NCBI RefSeq assembly: GCF_006345805.1
Contig: NC_043000.1
Span: 164,114,001-164,178,000 of the forward strand
Direction of reading: 5' to 3'
DNA: 64,000 nt
Origin: Octopus sinensis
Taxonomy: Eukaryota
The notes beneath the pieces were generated by a model. The model was not told the origin of the DNA. It worked only from the letters and a program-made list of their open reading frames with translations, and did not search any database. A program made the position numbers and the translations under genes. Shown here one piece after another: positions 37,360 through 50,435 of this stretch. Within the stretch, counting starts at the first letter, position 1. Each line of letters opens with the position of its first letter.

Positions 37360-38254
37360 ATTCACTCGCTAGCTCTATCCTTCCTCCTCTCTCTCTGTTC
37401 AGCTCACTTTTCGCATATTCTATTCCTGTTCATTGTGTGCCGGTGTCTCTCCTATATTTTGCTATTTTGAAGGGGTTTTGCATGAACACGCCAATACACA
37501 CATAGATACCCTAGTTTTTGTTGTACATCCCTATGTCCCCTACTCTTCTGTTTTCTTTTCTTTATATCCCATTACATATCTTCCCAGTTTCCTATCACAT
37601 AAACTTCAACACTTGCTCACTCATACACCCCTACACACACAGCAACATTCATTGAAATGCCAGCATGAAAGCTTCCCTCACGTAGATACACAGGCAAAAC
37701 TTTGCACTGAAACACAAGCATTCACATAATACACATACAAACTTATACACATGCACACACAATACACACTCAAATGCTCAAGTGGCTAATCAGAGAGATT
37801 CTGAACACATTTAATAATTTCCCATGTTAAGGTTACATCCTTGTATTTTCTCCCTCACCAGCCGACCACCAACCAACCAACCAGCCAACCAGCCAACCAC
37901 GCGTTGATATATATGTTTATGTTTTTATTTCCTTTTTGTAAATGGTTGAGAGCTGTAATAACGAAGAGGGTGTGTGAGGGGGGGTACCTGTTAATGTCAG
38001 TGGTGTTAAGTCTAGCGGTCTGTGATGTATAGTGCAACTGTCATTTAATATGAAACAAAACGTGGACGGGGTGGGGGAATAAAGGTAACAAAGAGAAGGG
38101 GGAGATGGGGGGAAGGAGGAAGAAGGGGGATGATAAGGAAAAGGGGAAGAGTTGATGGAAGGACGAAGAAATGGAGGAGATAGATGGAGAGGGACGAGGA
38201 GCAGAGTGGATTGGGACCCGTTTCTCTTTCTACATCTCTTTATGTATGTGTTTA

Positions 38255-38466
38255 CGAGGAGATGCTGAAAATTCCTGGCTTTAGGTAAAAGAAAATACAG
38301 GAGGATCAGTTAATTATGATTTTAACTAACATATTCCCCTCTCAGATTCACACACGTATTGCAGCGGTCCTTAAGTTTTTCTAAGCCTCATAAAAATCGG
38401 AAGGTTGGGCATCCAGCCAAGCCTTTCGCGACACACTTAAAGCCAGGAACTCTTCAGCACCCCTCG
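38255..38466. mobile_element. Complete mariner-type MITE (about 30-bp TIRs, TA target duplication)
   Basis: TA|CGAGGAGATGCTGAAAATTCCTGGCTTTA at the left end and TAAAGCCAGGAACTCTTCAGCACCCCTCG|TA at the right end. Confidence 0.9.
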
Positions 38467-38508
<42 letters not shown>

Positions 38509-38558
38509 GGCGGTGCCCCAGCATGGCCACAGCTCGTGAGCTGAAACTAGATAAAATG

Positions 38559-38599
<41 letters not shown>

Positions 38600-38615
38600 G
38601 TATATACATATATAC

Positions 38616-38701
<86 letters not shown>

Positions 38702-38727
38702 CATACATACATACATACATACATACA

Positions 38728-38760
<33 letters not shown>

Positions 38761-39429
38761 GTGACGTACGAGTTAGATAAACAGAACACACATATACATG
38801 CGTATATGATGAAGTATATTAAAGCATTAAGTAGTAACCCAAAATAGAATATAATAATAATCCGTAACGAAAAATGAATGAATGACCCTAATTGGGGATG
38901 AATGCTTCGAAAAAGACAAGCATGAGAACTTCGAATTTCGAATCAAATAGAAAAATTCAGTAAGGAGTGAGCGTGGTTTTTGAATAGTACGGAGATAAAT
39001 CTGTAGGTTTTTCAATTTTCGACTCCAACGAGATCTAATGAGAACGAAACATATCAGTTGTCGCCATATTTGCCAATGAATCTGACCGGCTGCATTTTTC
39101 CATTTAATTGATAATCAATCTAGTTTCGGTTCTCTCCCTTGCTTTCTTTGAGAAGACTCATTAGCGCAAATGACTTTTCTTCTCATTTTTTTAATGGCCT
39201 AAATATTATTTTTTAGTTCATCATATTGAGTATGCAAGCCTGTACTTAATTATATGTTCTTCATGCAGAGGGACCCTTGAGAATTTTGTCTAATGTCCCT
39301 GTGTATCTATGCTTATATAAAGAAAGCCTCTGCTCTTCATTTTTAAGTCCGTGAAATACAGACAAAAGCAAAGTTTCTTTTATGTTAGTGTAAGATGTAT
39401 TCGTATAGTCCTTCTACTATGTACGCCCG

Positions 39430-39945
39430 CACGTAGGTATGTCATTATTCAGTTTTATTTCAAGATTTCTTGCCAATAGAAAAAGGGCCGGTTTCAAACC
39501 TAGACCCCAGGCTCCATCATTGGAATCTCAACATCAACAGCCGGGTATTTTTGCATGTATGTGTCTAAGTGTGCAGTATTTGGAGTCAGCGCATGTGCAG
39601 ATTTGTATGTTTTGTTTTGTGCATGTATTGTCATGCGTATAGTTGCATGTCTAGACATGCTCACATCTACTTAAATAATAAACTTCTGGAAAGTTTTACA
39701 GATTTTTACAGTTCCAGTGATGGCTTGGATCTGTAGTTTTCGAATCAGCTTTCTCCTCTCTGGTTTTGGGAAACCTAATTTCTCAAGATTGGTACTTAGG
39801 TAGTGTGTTACATAATCCCAGTGCCCCAATAATCACAGGTATAAATTTGAACTTGTAATTTGAATAGAGTAGCTGTAGATTTCTCAATAGTTCGGCGCAG
39901 GTATTTTCTTTTTCGCTGTTGTTTAGCCTTATGTTAACATCTGCT
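39430..39945 (-). mobile_element. RLE-type non-LTR 3' fragment with 3' UTR (second family)
   Basis: ELLRNLQLLYSNYKFKFIPVIIGALG...IQAITGTVKICKTF. A diverged 3' UTR copy lies at 59210-59410. Confidence 0.75.
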
Positions 39946-40488
39946 GCGCAACTGACATGTATGTGTGAGTGTGTGTGTGTGTGTGTGTTGTGTGTGTGTG
40001 TGTGTGGTGTGTGTGTGTGTGTGTGTTCTGTTTTAATCATTTAGATTCTTCCTCTGTAGGAACTGGTTTCTAACAAAGATACAAAGCTCCATTATGGGAA
40101 TGTAGATAACGAAAACAATATCACATTTTAAACTTAACAAAAGTCTTGCATAATTTTACTATTCCGCTTACAGACTGAATTTGTAATGTACAAGTAGGTT
40201 GGTTGATTTCTTTTACTGAAAATTCAAGCTGATCCATATGACAGTGAGGCATTTACTTATAAAACCAAGTGTTACAATTATTATTGGCATGAATGTAAAT
40301 TTGTAATCCAGTTATAGAAGCTAGAGGTTTCCAAGTAGTTGTCCATAATTATCTTCTTGTTGTCTAAGGTTGACTTTGCTTTTCATCCTCTCGAGGTCGA
40401 TAAAATAAGTACTAGTTAAGTGCCGGGGTTGATGTAATCGACTTATCTCCTCCTCCGAAATTGCTGGCCTTGTGCCAAAATTTGAAAC

Positions 40489-40547
<59 letters not shown>

Positions 40548-40548
<1 letters not shown>

Positions 40549-41048
40549 TACTGAGTGAGAGAGCAGTGCATGTCATCAAAGTGACCCTGGGGTAAAATAT
40601 ACGAAGCCCAGCATACCCATCATGGTGATCTCATATCAAGATAAACAGCACATGACCTTGCAGGTGGGGCCCAGTTAGAATTTTCTTCTGGTCGAGTAAC
40701 CCATCCCGCTCAAAAGGTCCCTAAATAAGGGTTGTTTAAGGATGTTGAAAGAACCACCCATGTTTCCAGAGGTGAATTATTCAAACCCCAAAGAATCCCT
40801 TTCAACACATGGCTATGATGCTCCCCCACTACTTCTGCTCGTGATCAGAGATGCACATATTGTCAGCCCTTAAGGGACATGCTCAACTGGTTAAGGTCAA
40901 GCAACTGACAAGAAAATCTGTGGTATTGAGCAGAATATTTGCTGTAGCCCATCTTTTATACCAAGGCAAAACAATGTACATGATAACATTTCCAATCAGT
41001 TAAGATCAGAAGCCACGAGAGCCACTGCCTGGTACTGCATCAGGGCAT
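40548..41048. mobile_element. Unclassified about 500-bp non-coding interspersed element embedded in (TAT)n on both sides
   Basis: Unique-looking block between (TAT)n arrays. A partial second copy at 45775-45870 shows it is repetitive. Confidence 0.65.
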
Positions 41049-41057
41049 TTATTATTA

Positions 41058-41122
<65 letters not shown>

Positions 41123-41124
<2 letters not shown>

Positions 41125-41640
41125 GGCGGTGAGCTGGCAGAATTGTTAGCACGCAGGACAAAATACTCAGTGGTATTTCACCCGTCGCTACGTTCTTGTT
41201 CAAATTCCGCCGAGGTCGACTTTACCTTTCGTCCGTTCGGGATCGATAAATTAAGTCCCAGTGAAACACTGAAGTCGATATAATCGATTAGTCCCCTTCC
41301 CACAATTTTCAGGTCTTGTGTCTATATCCGCGAGGATCATTGTCATTCAAGCGGTGAAGTGGGAGACTCGTTTGCACGCCAGCTCTTTACGTTGAGTTCA
41401 ATTTCTACCGAGGTCAATTTGACCTTTCCTCTTTTGGAGGTCGATAAAATAAGGGTCGAACACTGGGGTCGATGTAATCGACTTTCCCTCCCCCACTCAA
41501 AACTGATCGCTAGCCCCGAACCCTGCAACGGGCCAGCGTCCCGTGCAGGCGGGAAGGGGACGGAGTGCTGTGAGCTCGTTCACAAGGACGCCATGGAAAC
41601 CGGGTAAACGGCCTCTTGAGCAAGGGTTCGAGGGGACAAA
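41123..41640 (+). mobile_element. Two adjacent SINE family A copies, the second with a V-like GC-rich tail
   Basis: Cores at about 41200 and 41400. The tail gggccagcgtcccgtgcagg...gaaaccggg resembles 56690-56760. Confidence 0.75.
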
Positions 41641-41724
41641 ATCATGACAGACACATACAGACGCATATATGGCTATATATATATATATATATATACATAA
41701 TTCATATGTGTGTGTGTTTGTGTA

Positions 41725-41768
<44 letters not shown>

Positions 41769-41900
41769 CTAATGTCAAAATATGAATTTGTTCTGTAGAT
41801 ATTTTGACTTAAATTGCGTGATATTAACAACCTAATCAATGTTTTGTTTTATGTTATAGACAGTTTGATGCTCCACTGTTACACACTCACACGCTCGCGC

Positions 41901-41951
<51 letters not shown>

Positions 41952-42354
41952 TATATCGTGATGTTTTGACTTAGAGATATTCTTGTCGTGTGTTTTTCCC
42001 GGATTGAAGACTACATCTACAGATGTACAAATGTGTGGATACGTGCGAGTACTACTACTACTACTACTACTACTACTAATGGTGGTGGTGAAGCTGCTGC
42101 TGCTGCTTGCGATGGCGGCGGCGGTTGTGGCGGTGGAGGAAGGGGGTCGCAGGGTGCAGCAGCGGCAGCTTGACAAGTAATAAAAATATTTGTATTTCTT
42201 TCATATGGATAATGTATTGCAGCTAGCATCTTGTGAGTTGTGAGTTCGCTTCCGCTGAAGGTCTTGTGTCTGTGGGAAAATGGCATTTAATTTTAAAACG
42301 TAATTCAAAATGTTCACCGTCTAGTTTTCATAAAAAAAGAACATGCTGTCAAAA

Positions 42355-42800
42355 AAATAACCATTGTGTGATAAGTAGCTTGCTTACCAACCACATGGTT
42401 CCGGGTTCAGTCCCACTGCATGGCACCTTGGGCAAGTGTCTTCTGCTATAGCCTCGGGCCGACCAATGCCTTGTAAGTGGATTTGGTAGACGGAAACTGA
42501 AAGAAGCCCGTCGTATATATGTATATATATCACCGTGATCACCGTGACCGACTAGGCTATCAGATGTTGCTACACATTGTTTTAGCCTTTAAATGACGCC
42601 ACCCCGCAGGCCAACAGAAGACAGGGTGAGAGAAAGTTGTGGCGAAAGAGCTTTAGGTATTTTCGTTCAATAAGCACTCGCAACGCCGGTCTGGGAATCG
42701 AAACCGCGATCCTACGACATACATACATACATACATACATACATACATACATACATACATACAATATATATATATATAATATATATATATATTATATATA

Positions 42801-42842
<42 letters not shown>

Positions 42843-43030
42843 TATATATATGTATGTATGTATGTATGTATAGTTTGTGTGTCTGTGTTTGTCACCCCAA
42901 CATTGCTGATGCTGGTTTGTTTAAGTCCCCGTCACTTAGTGGTTCAGCAAGAATAAGTCCTGGGGTCGATCTGCTCGACTAAAGGCGGTGCTCCAGCATG
43001 GCCAAGGTCAAATGACTGAAACAAATAAAA
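42355..43030 (+). mobile_element. SINE family B with a SINE family C copy (minus, 42527-42718) nested in its internal microsatellite
   Basis: B head and core at 42355-42520, B tail at 42870-43030. The intervening sequence is the reverse complement of family C. Confidence 0.8.
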
Positions 43031-44396
43031 GAATATCCATATTTTACTTAGAAATCCTACTAGCAACTGTCGCGAGACTGTATATACCCAGGCTTATTCC
43101 CCATTTTTTATTTTTTTTAAGAGTAGGTAGCCACAAGACACACACCAGGAACTCCATTCGTTTCCAAGGACCCTGCGGTTCTGGTTTCAGAGTTTGAGGA
43201 GTGTGGAACCACCTTTTAGCCACTATTGTTCCCAGGTCTACTCAGGCTCGGAGTGGTAGCACCTGTAACGGTCCCGGCTACGGGTTAACTAGCAAACACC
43301 CTCGCCCATCTGCGACTAGAATGCAGTCGCTGCGAGGCGTAAGAGGCGACTAAAAGGGACTGGAGCGAGGGAACTGGAAATCCATTCCTCCTCGTAATTT
43401 CATATTCCTAAAAAGACAAGACAATGAAATAATACTTGGTATTATTTGTTGTGGAACTTCTTTTATTGCGGAGAATTCCGGACGGAGAGCAAAACTAGCA
43501 AACAACACAGATTGTGATGTAGGATGGTGGACAAGGACGAAGGGACGAGCGAAATATGACTTTAGGGCCCAGAAGACAAGAATAGTGGATAACACTCAGA
43601 AGATATGCTAAAGAACTGGTCAGCTGCGGGACCAGTGAGAGAAAGGGAGGACCATGTGACAACAGCAGGCGGAGGAGAAAGTCAGCAAGAGGGAGGGAGA
43701 GTGACAGAGAGAGAGAAAAAGGGAAGGGATGAAGGGGGAAAAAAGAGATAGGAGAAAGGCTAGGAATACAAGAGGGGGAGAGAGAAAAGGAGAAAATAGA
43801 AAGGCAAAAATAAAAGAGAGAGGGTGAGAAAAGGCGAAAGTGGAAAGGCTAGAATAGAAGTGAGAGAGTGAGAGAAAGTAAAAAGGGAAAGCACCCTGTT
43901 ACTGCTACAGTTGCTGTTGTTGCTGTTGTTGCTGCTGCTGTTGTTGTTATTGTTTTGCTTGGGTCGGTCCTGAGTAAACAGGCCTATGGTCAAAGTTAGC
44001 AGGCAGTTTCACAGTAAAATGCGACAGAAACAGGAAACGACGGTAGTGAAATCCCATATTTCCATAATATTGATATAACATATAAACCATGCTTTGTACA
44101 TATTGTATCGGTCTTTCCTTGCTGAACAGCTAAGTTACGGAAGATATAAAGAAACGAACACTGGTTGTCAAGTGGCGATGCAAAAACACTAAGGCATGTA
44201 CACATGCACGCTTGCGCGCACTGACCGCTAACTCCGAAAGTTTTTTATTCTCTCTCTGTTTATTCCCTCGTGTTCCTTTCTGTTGAAGAGCGTAGGCTCG
44301 AAATGTAAAAGACTTTCTCACCTTCCCGAGCATTAAACTAATACACCTGCTTGTTTTTAATACACCTGTCTTCGTCTTTTGTTTTTCTGTAAATTT

Positions 44397-44450
<54 letters not shown>

Positions 44451-44899
44451 CTAGCTGACGTACTCAGTAATTCCCGGAAAGCGAGGCTTATCCCTTAGTT
44501 CCGTTCTCATAATTCTTTCACTAATCCAGTAACAAGAATACAAAGTATGTAGCCCTTAAAACGGTTTTTGTGCATTTACACAGAATACCGAACTGTCTTA
44601 CACAGGATCTTGTTTTTAGGAATTCCTAATAAGTTATGAATACCCAAATTGTGAAATCAGTTATGTAATAACATGAAATTAAAATTCCCGATAGTAAGAA
44701 TTCAAATAAAGTAGCCCCGAAAAGGGCTTTAATACGTTCCCAGAGTATATAGAACTTAAGAGGAAATACTAATAAGGTATGTATACTAAAATCGTGAAGC
44801 ATGTTACGTAATTACAGGCTAATCAGATATGAGATAATAACAGTTCAAAGTAAATAATTCTCAAAAAAGCTTTTGTGCGTACGCAGAGAATATTACCCT

Positions 44900-45560
44900 C
44901 AACGGTGCTAGTGTTGGTATGTTCGTGAATAAGTCACTAACCGAAACAAGTGAATCTATTGTTAGGGGGTTTAGCCCTACGGCGTATTTTCAGACCCCAA
45001 ATACTGCTGGCCTGAGACCTTTTTAAAATATGGAGGGGGAAAGCCTCGTTTTTAAGAGTAAAACCCTAGGTGATTCTCTCCCTTTGCCATTGTCCATCGA
45101 TCTTCGGCCGCGCCGCCATCTTTCAGTCATCAAAGCACCACGAAGGTAAACGATTGTCTCCCTTCGGCTTTGGCTATTGGTTTTCGGCTGTGATACCGCT
45201 ATGCGGATTCCAAAAAGCCAGCAGGAATTTTCTAAAATGCAAGCATAGTCTGAAAATCTCCATCCTAGATTTCAGGATGCCCCCTGGCACGAGCGAATCT
45301 TTAAGGATCTTCGTGCGTTCGGCAATGCATGACTTACACCGTTTCGTCCCGTTGATGTAGGGGCCCGGGTTCTCAAGTATTTTCCATGCGATCGAGTATG
45401 GAATCTCTTTGTCTCATAATTGCCAGATATGGCTGGCTAACGATGTTACGTATCTCCTTTCCGGGTTCTTGAAGGAGGACAGATGATTGGAAATACGCTG
45501 TTTGAGAGAGTTCCCAGTGCACCCCACGTACTTCTGTGGGCACGTGATATCGTCGCGCCT
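44900..45560 (-). mobile_element. Penelope-like element GIY-YIG endonuclease end and 3' region
   Basis: KYVGCTGNSLKQRISNHLSSF...SLASHIWQL, then IPYSIAWKILEN..GTKRCKSC. Confidence 0.85.
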
Positions 45561-47220
45561 GCTGCTGTTGGTGGTGCTAGTGTTACTGCTGCTGCTGGCA
45601 GTAATGTATAAACAGTTACTATTAATATTAAATATATGCGCAGGCGTGGCTGTATGGTAAGAAATTTGCTTCCCACCCTCATGATATCTTGGGCATGTCT
45701 TGTATAACCCGGCGCTAACCAAAGCCTTGTGAGTGAGTTTGGTAGGAGCAAACTAAAAGGAGCTCGTCGTTTATATGTATGAGAGAGCAGCGCATGCCAT
45801 CAATGTGACATTGGGGTACAATTATACGAAGCCCAATATATCAATCATAACAACCCGTTTGATAAGAGTACGCATTTTCTCTTTATCAATGTTTTGATAA
45901 ATGAACTGATGATTTATGAGCCAAATGGTGAATAATAAACAATCTGAACTGATTGATCCCCCACACCAAGAAAAAAATCATTCTTGTTTCTAAGCAACTA
46001 GATAAAAAAAAAACACATTGAAAGCCAAAGTTCATGATTTAAGGTCGAAAACTGATTAGAAAAACAATAATGGAGATTTCAAATTTTGGCTGAACTTCTT
46101 GCTAAATAGACAAACTTTTAGTTTCTAAACTTCTGTCCAATTTGTTTTACTCTTTTGTCTGTTATTACAGAACCATTATGTGAAATATTTTAAGGCAGGA
46201 AGCTGGCAGATCGTTAGGGCACCGGACAAAATGCTTAGATGCATCTCTTCTGAATTTACATTATGAGTTTAAATGCCGCCGAGGTCAACTTTGCCTTTCA
46301 TGCTTTCAGGGTCTATGAAATAAGTACCAGTTGAACAATGGGATTGATGTAATCAACATACCACTTCTCTTAAAATTGCTAACCTTGTTCTGCAATTTGA
46401 AATTTTAATATGTACACGCATCGGATGATCACCCAAACTCGATGGAAATAAGAAGCCAGAACATAAACAGACTCGACAAATATCATATTAATACTATATT
46501 AATACTATTCTGTATTGCTGAAATAAGGAATTTATATTATGTATGCTGTTTGTATTAGTCGGGCTGGTGGTTTCATATTGATTGTTATTTTCACTAAGTT
46601 TCGGCTGCTGTACGCTCCTGTCATCTTTATGTGTCTCATGTTGAACTCGATTGTTGTATCAAAATTTCGAACCTAACCCTTTATTTGATCTACAGGGGTA
46701 CACTGTTCTCAATCCACTCTCTGCGTTTCGTGACATTTTTGCTTCAGTTGAACTCTATGAATTACCTTAGTGTCTTGCCTGGGATTGAACTCAGAACCTC
46801 TGGGTGACTGCACTGCATTAACCAATACCTTTATGCTATGACTGTAAACGTAGCAGATAAAAGTATTCTCCTTTCCTAGGTCGATGAAATGTATACGTTA
46901 AAACAACATTAAAATGTATGCAATGGTTATATTGCATTTATTGTACATAGATGGTGTAGTATCAATATTAGAAGGGGTTAAATTAAATACGCTTGTTTCA
47001 TTTTTAAGCAGTTTAGTCTGGAGAAAGAGTTGTGTCCAAGACTTTCGCAGGTATTCTGAGATCCGTGAGAACGACACGGTAATTGTTCCTCTTGAATGAG
47101 TGCAAACTGATAGTTGCAGGAAAATGTGTTGGAAGGGATTTCAAAGGAACAATATTCTGAGGAGAAAGGACTGGATGAGGTGGTCAACACCGGGTCTGAG
47201 AATGGACTCAATATGGATAA

Positions 47221-47253
<33 letters not shown>

Positions 47254-47278
47254 GAGACAGACAGACAGACAGACAGAC

Positions 47279-47315
<37 letters not shown>

Positions 47316-47457
47316 GGTAAACCTGAGTCAGGTGGAAATGCCTGAACAAATATAGCATGAAGCCAAGTGCTAGGTCAATCGGATTAATTATACTGCTTCA
47401 CTTGACTGTGAGAAATTGATGTAATATAAACAGACTAACGAATATATATTTTTTAAG

Positions 47458-47692
47458 TAAGGCGGCGGGCTGGCAGCGTGGTTAGCACGCCGGGCGAAAT
47501 GCGTAGCTGTATTTCGTCTGCCATTACGTTCCGAGTTCAAATTCCGCCGAGGTCGACTTTGCCTTTCATCCTTTCGGGGTCAATAAATTAAGTACCAGTT
47601 ATGCACTGGTAATCGACGTAATCGACTTAATACCTATGTCTGTCCTTGTTTGTCCCCTCTGTGTGTAGCCCCTTGTGGGCAATAAAGAAATA
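47458..47692 (+). mobile_element. SINE family A, full length
   Basis: Head, core and tail all present. Confidence 0.88.
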
Positions 47693-47694
47693 GA

Positions 47695-48140
47695 TATTTC
47701 TTCTGCATGTCATCCTCGCAGTATGTGGCCGAGCATTATCCAGATGGAAAGACACCTTTCATCTTGAAACCAAAAATGGTCGTTTTACTTCTAGCGCAGG
47801 TGTCGATGAATGGTTGAATGACTAAATCCAAGCTTTTCTTCTAGTTCCTCAAAGTTATGATGGGATTTTGTTCCACCAGAGTTTGCAGGACGTATCGTCG
47901 ATCACTACAGATCTTCCAGGACAAGTTTCGTCTTCTATGCTGTAGTTTCCGGCTCGGAATTTCTGGAACCACCGTTGACACTGGCTTGCGCTTATTTATG
48001 GTCCAATCCCCATGTACTGCATTAATATTCCTTTATTTTCCGTTACGTTGTTTCCTTTATTTTCCGTTGCGTTGTTGCCTTTACTGAACTCATGAAGCAA
48101 AATATGCCGAATATGCTCCTTTGTCACTTCCAATATATCT
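47695..48140 (-). mobile_element. mariner transposase N-terminal fragment
   Basis: Degenerate HIRHILLHEFSKGNNATE..INAVHGD..LVEQNPI. Homologous to 52720-53010. Confidence 0.75.
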
Positions 48141-48696
48141 TTGAAAACAAATAACTATTAAAATCGAACTGCATTCCTCAAAACTTGTACTAAGAATAAA
48201 GATAAGGTAAAATTAGTACCTACTTTTATAGCAAGTTAATGAAGGTAGTTTATCTCATTCTCCTCCGATTCTTAGTTCATGCAATTGGAAAAACCGCATT
48301 ATTTATGGGATGACCCAATATATGAGTGAGTGTGCGTTTTTCGTATATGTGTTCTGGCCATCCGTTCTTACATCGTATTCCCTCCATTCCCTACCCTCAA
48401 CTTTCTCTTCCTTCCCCTCTTTTATTCTTTTTGTTTATTCCATTCTTCTCTTCGTATTCTTCATTTGTTTACATTAACACTTTATTTATTTATTTATTTA
48501 TTCATCTATGTTTTATAATTTGTGAATTTTATTCCCACCCTTTGTTATAATTTGTTTTTTAATCTCGTATTTCTACCTTTTGTCTAAATGCTAAAGAATC
48601 ACTACTTTTTTCCCCTTTATAAAGGTTTCCAGTAATGAATCTACAAATTTCTGTATTCGAATTACTGACTGAATACACCGGTGAAGTCAACCTGAT

Positions 48697-48941
48697 ACAT
48701 GCATGCATACATACATACATACATACATACATACATACACATACATACATACATACATACATACATACATACACACATACATACATACATACATACATAC
48801 ATACATACATACATACATACATACATACATACATACATACATACATACATACACACATACATACACACATACATACATACATACATACATACACAATACA
48901 TACATACATACATACATACATACATACATACATACATACAC

Positions 48942-48972
<31 letters not shown>

Positions 48973-49111
48973 CATACATACATACATACATACACATACA
49001 TACATACATACATACATACACACATACATACACACACATACATACATACATACATACATACACACATACATACATACATACATACATACATACATACATA
49101 CATACATACAC

Positions 49112-49144
<33 letters not shown>

Positions 49145-49325
49145 CATACATACATACATACATACATACATACATACATACATACATACATACATACATA
49201 CACACCTACACATATACATACATACATACATACATACATACATACATACATGCATGCATACATACATGCATGCATACATACATACATCATACATACATAC
49301 ATACATACATACATACATACATACA
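48697..49325. repeat. (TACA)n microsatellite, about 630 bp
   Basis: Directly visible. Confidence 0.97.
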
Positions 49326-49377
49326 TTTGTGTATGTGTTGTGTGCGCGCGCGCGTGTGATATGTGTATGTACATATA

Positions 49378-49601
49378 CATTTTAGAAAAACAAGTAAGGA
49401 GTCGATATCCTCCACCAAAAGAACGGGAGACTCTTTTAGCTGAAGAATGGACAAAAATTCCTTTGGAAAAAGTTCAAACTTTGTATGAGTCCATACCTCA
49501 TAGAATTCAGGCTGTAGTTACTGCCAAAAGCGGTCCTACCCCATATTAAAATAAATTTGTTTGGAATCTTAAGGTGTTTCCGTTATTTTGGCTAACCCCT
49601 G
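49378..49601 (+). mobile_element. Tc1-type transposase C-terminus and right end
   Basis: LEKQVRSRYPPP..LAEEWTKIP..LYESIPHRIQAVVTAKSGPTPY*, ending ...AACCCCTG|TA. Confidence 0.85.
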
Positions 49602-49673
49602 TATGTATGTATGTATGTATGTATGTATGTATGTATGTATGTATGTATGTATGTATGTATGTATGTATATATA

Positions 49674-49745
<72 letters not shown>

Positions 49746-49895
49746 ATGTACATAGATTCATGCATACACAGACATATATGTATACACACATATACACACA
49801 TGCACACACGCACCACAGGTACACGTATACTCGTCTTCAGATGACAGCCTAGATAAGGGAGAGATTTTAATACGTTGACACGCATTTATGTAATA

Positions 49896-50289
49896 CTAGC
49901 AGTATCGCCCGGCGTTGCTCGGATTTGTAAGGGAAATAATTATATAAGCATTTTTAGAGATGTAAAGTATAATAGCCATCTCAATATGGCTAACCACAAA
50001 GGGGGAGGGGTGTTACTGTAGCTTTTTACGTTCCGAGATTTAATAATAAATTTTAAAGAGTTACTTCCCTTATATATGTCAAAAATGGATTAAAAATGGG
50101 AAAAATTGATGGCAAATTTTTTTTAAATCGTAGACTCATCGTAGACGCGCGCTAATACCCAGACTGTCTCGATATGAATCACGACTATAAGATACCCGGT
50201 TTTGGTTAAACTGCACCGCAAAATGTGGGAGTAGTTAGGAATCTAAATCGTAGGAGACAGACACACAACCTCACTTTTATATATAAAGA
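49896..50289 (-). mobile_element. Non-autonomous Helitron-like element, family 1
   Basis: On the minus strand it reads A|TC...CTAG|T, with a CCGAGCAACGCCGGG GC-rich hairpin-like motif just before the CTAG. Confidence 0.82.
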
Positions 50290-50352
50290 TTTCCTCTATT
50301 TACATAATATTGAGGTCTCTTTCTTTCTTTTGTTATCTTACTGTTTTTACCA

Positions 50353-50434
<82 letters not shown>

Positions 50435-50435
<1 letters not shown>

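Noticed and set aside
40548-41048. HDV-like or hammerhead ribozyme at the end of the 500-bp element (CCCTGATGCAG)
   Set aside because: C at position 9 and no GAAA for a hammerhead, and I could not build the nested double pseudoknot of an HDV fold by hand.
44955-45010. CTGAAAA-TAC-GCC-GTAG-GGC-TAAAC on the minus strand after the GIY-YIG ORF
   Set aside because: The position suits a PLE ribozyme, but there are two core mismatches and no helix III or cleavage triplet. Too degenerate to call.
48559-49549. Long ORFs of 170-304 aa made of YVCM/HTYI repeats, and similar ORFs elsewhere
   Set aside because: They are translations of (TACA)n, (TA)n, (CA)n and (TAT)n microsatellites, not genes.
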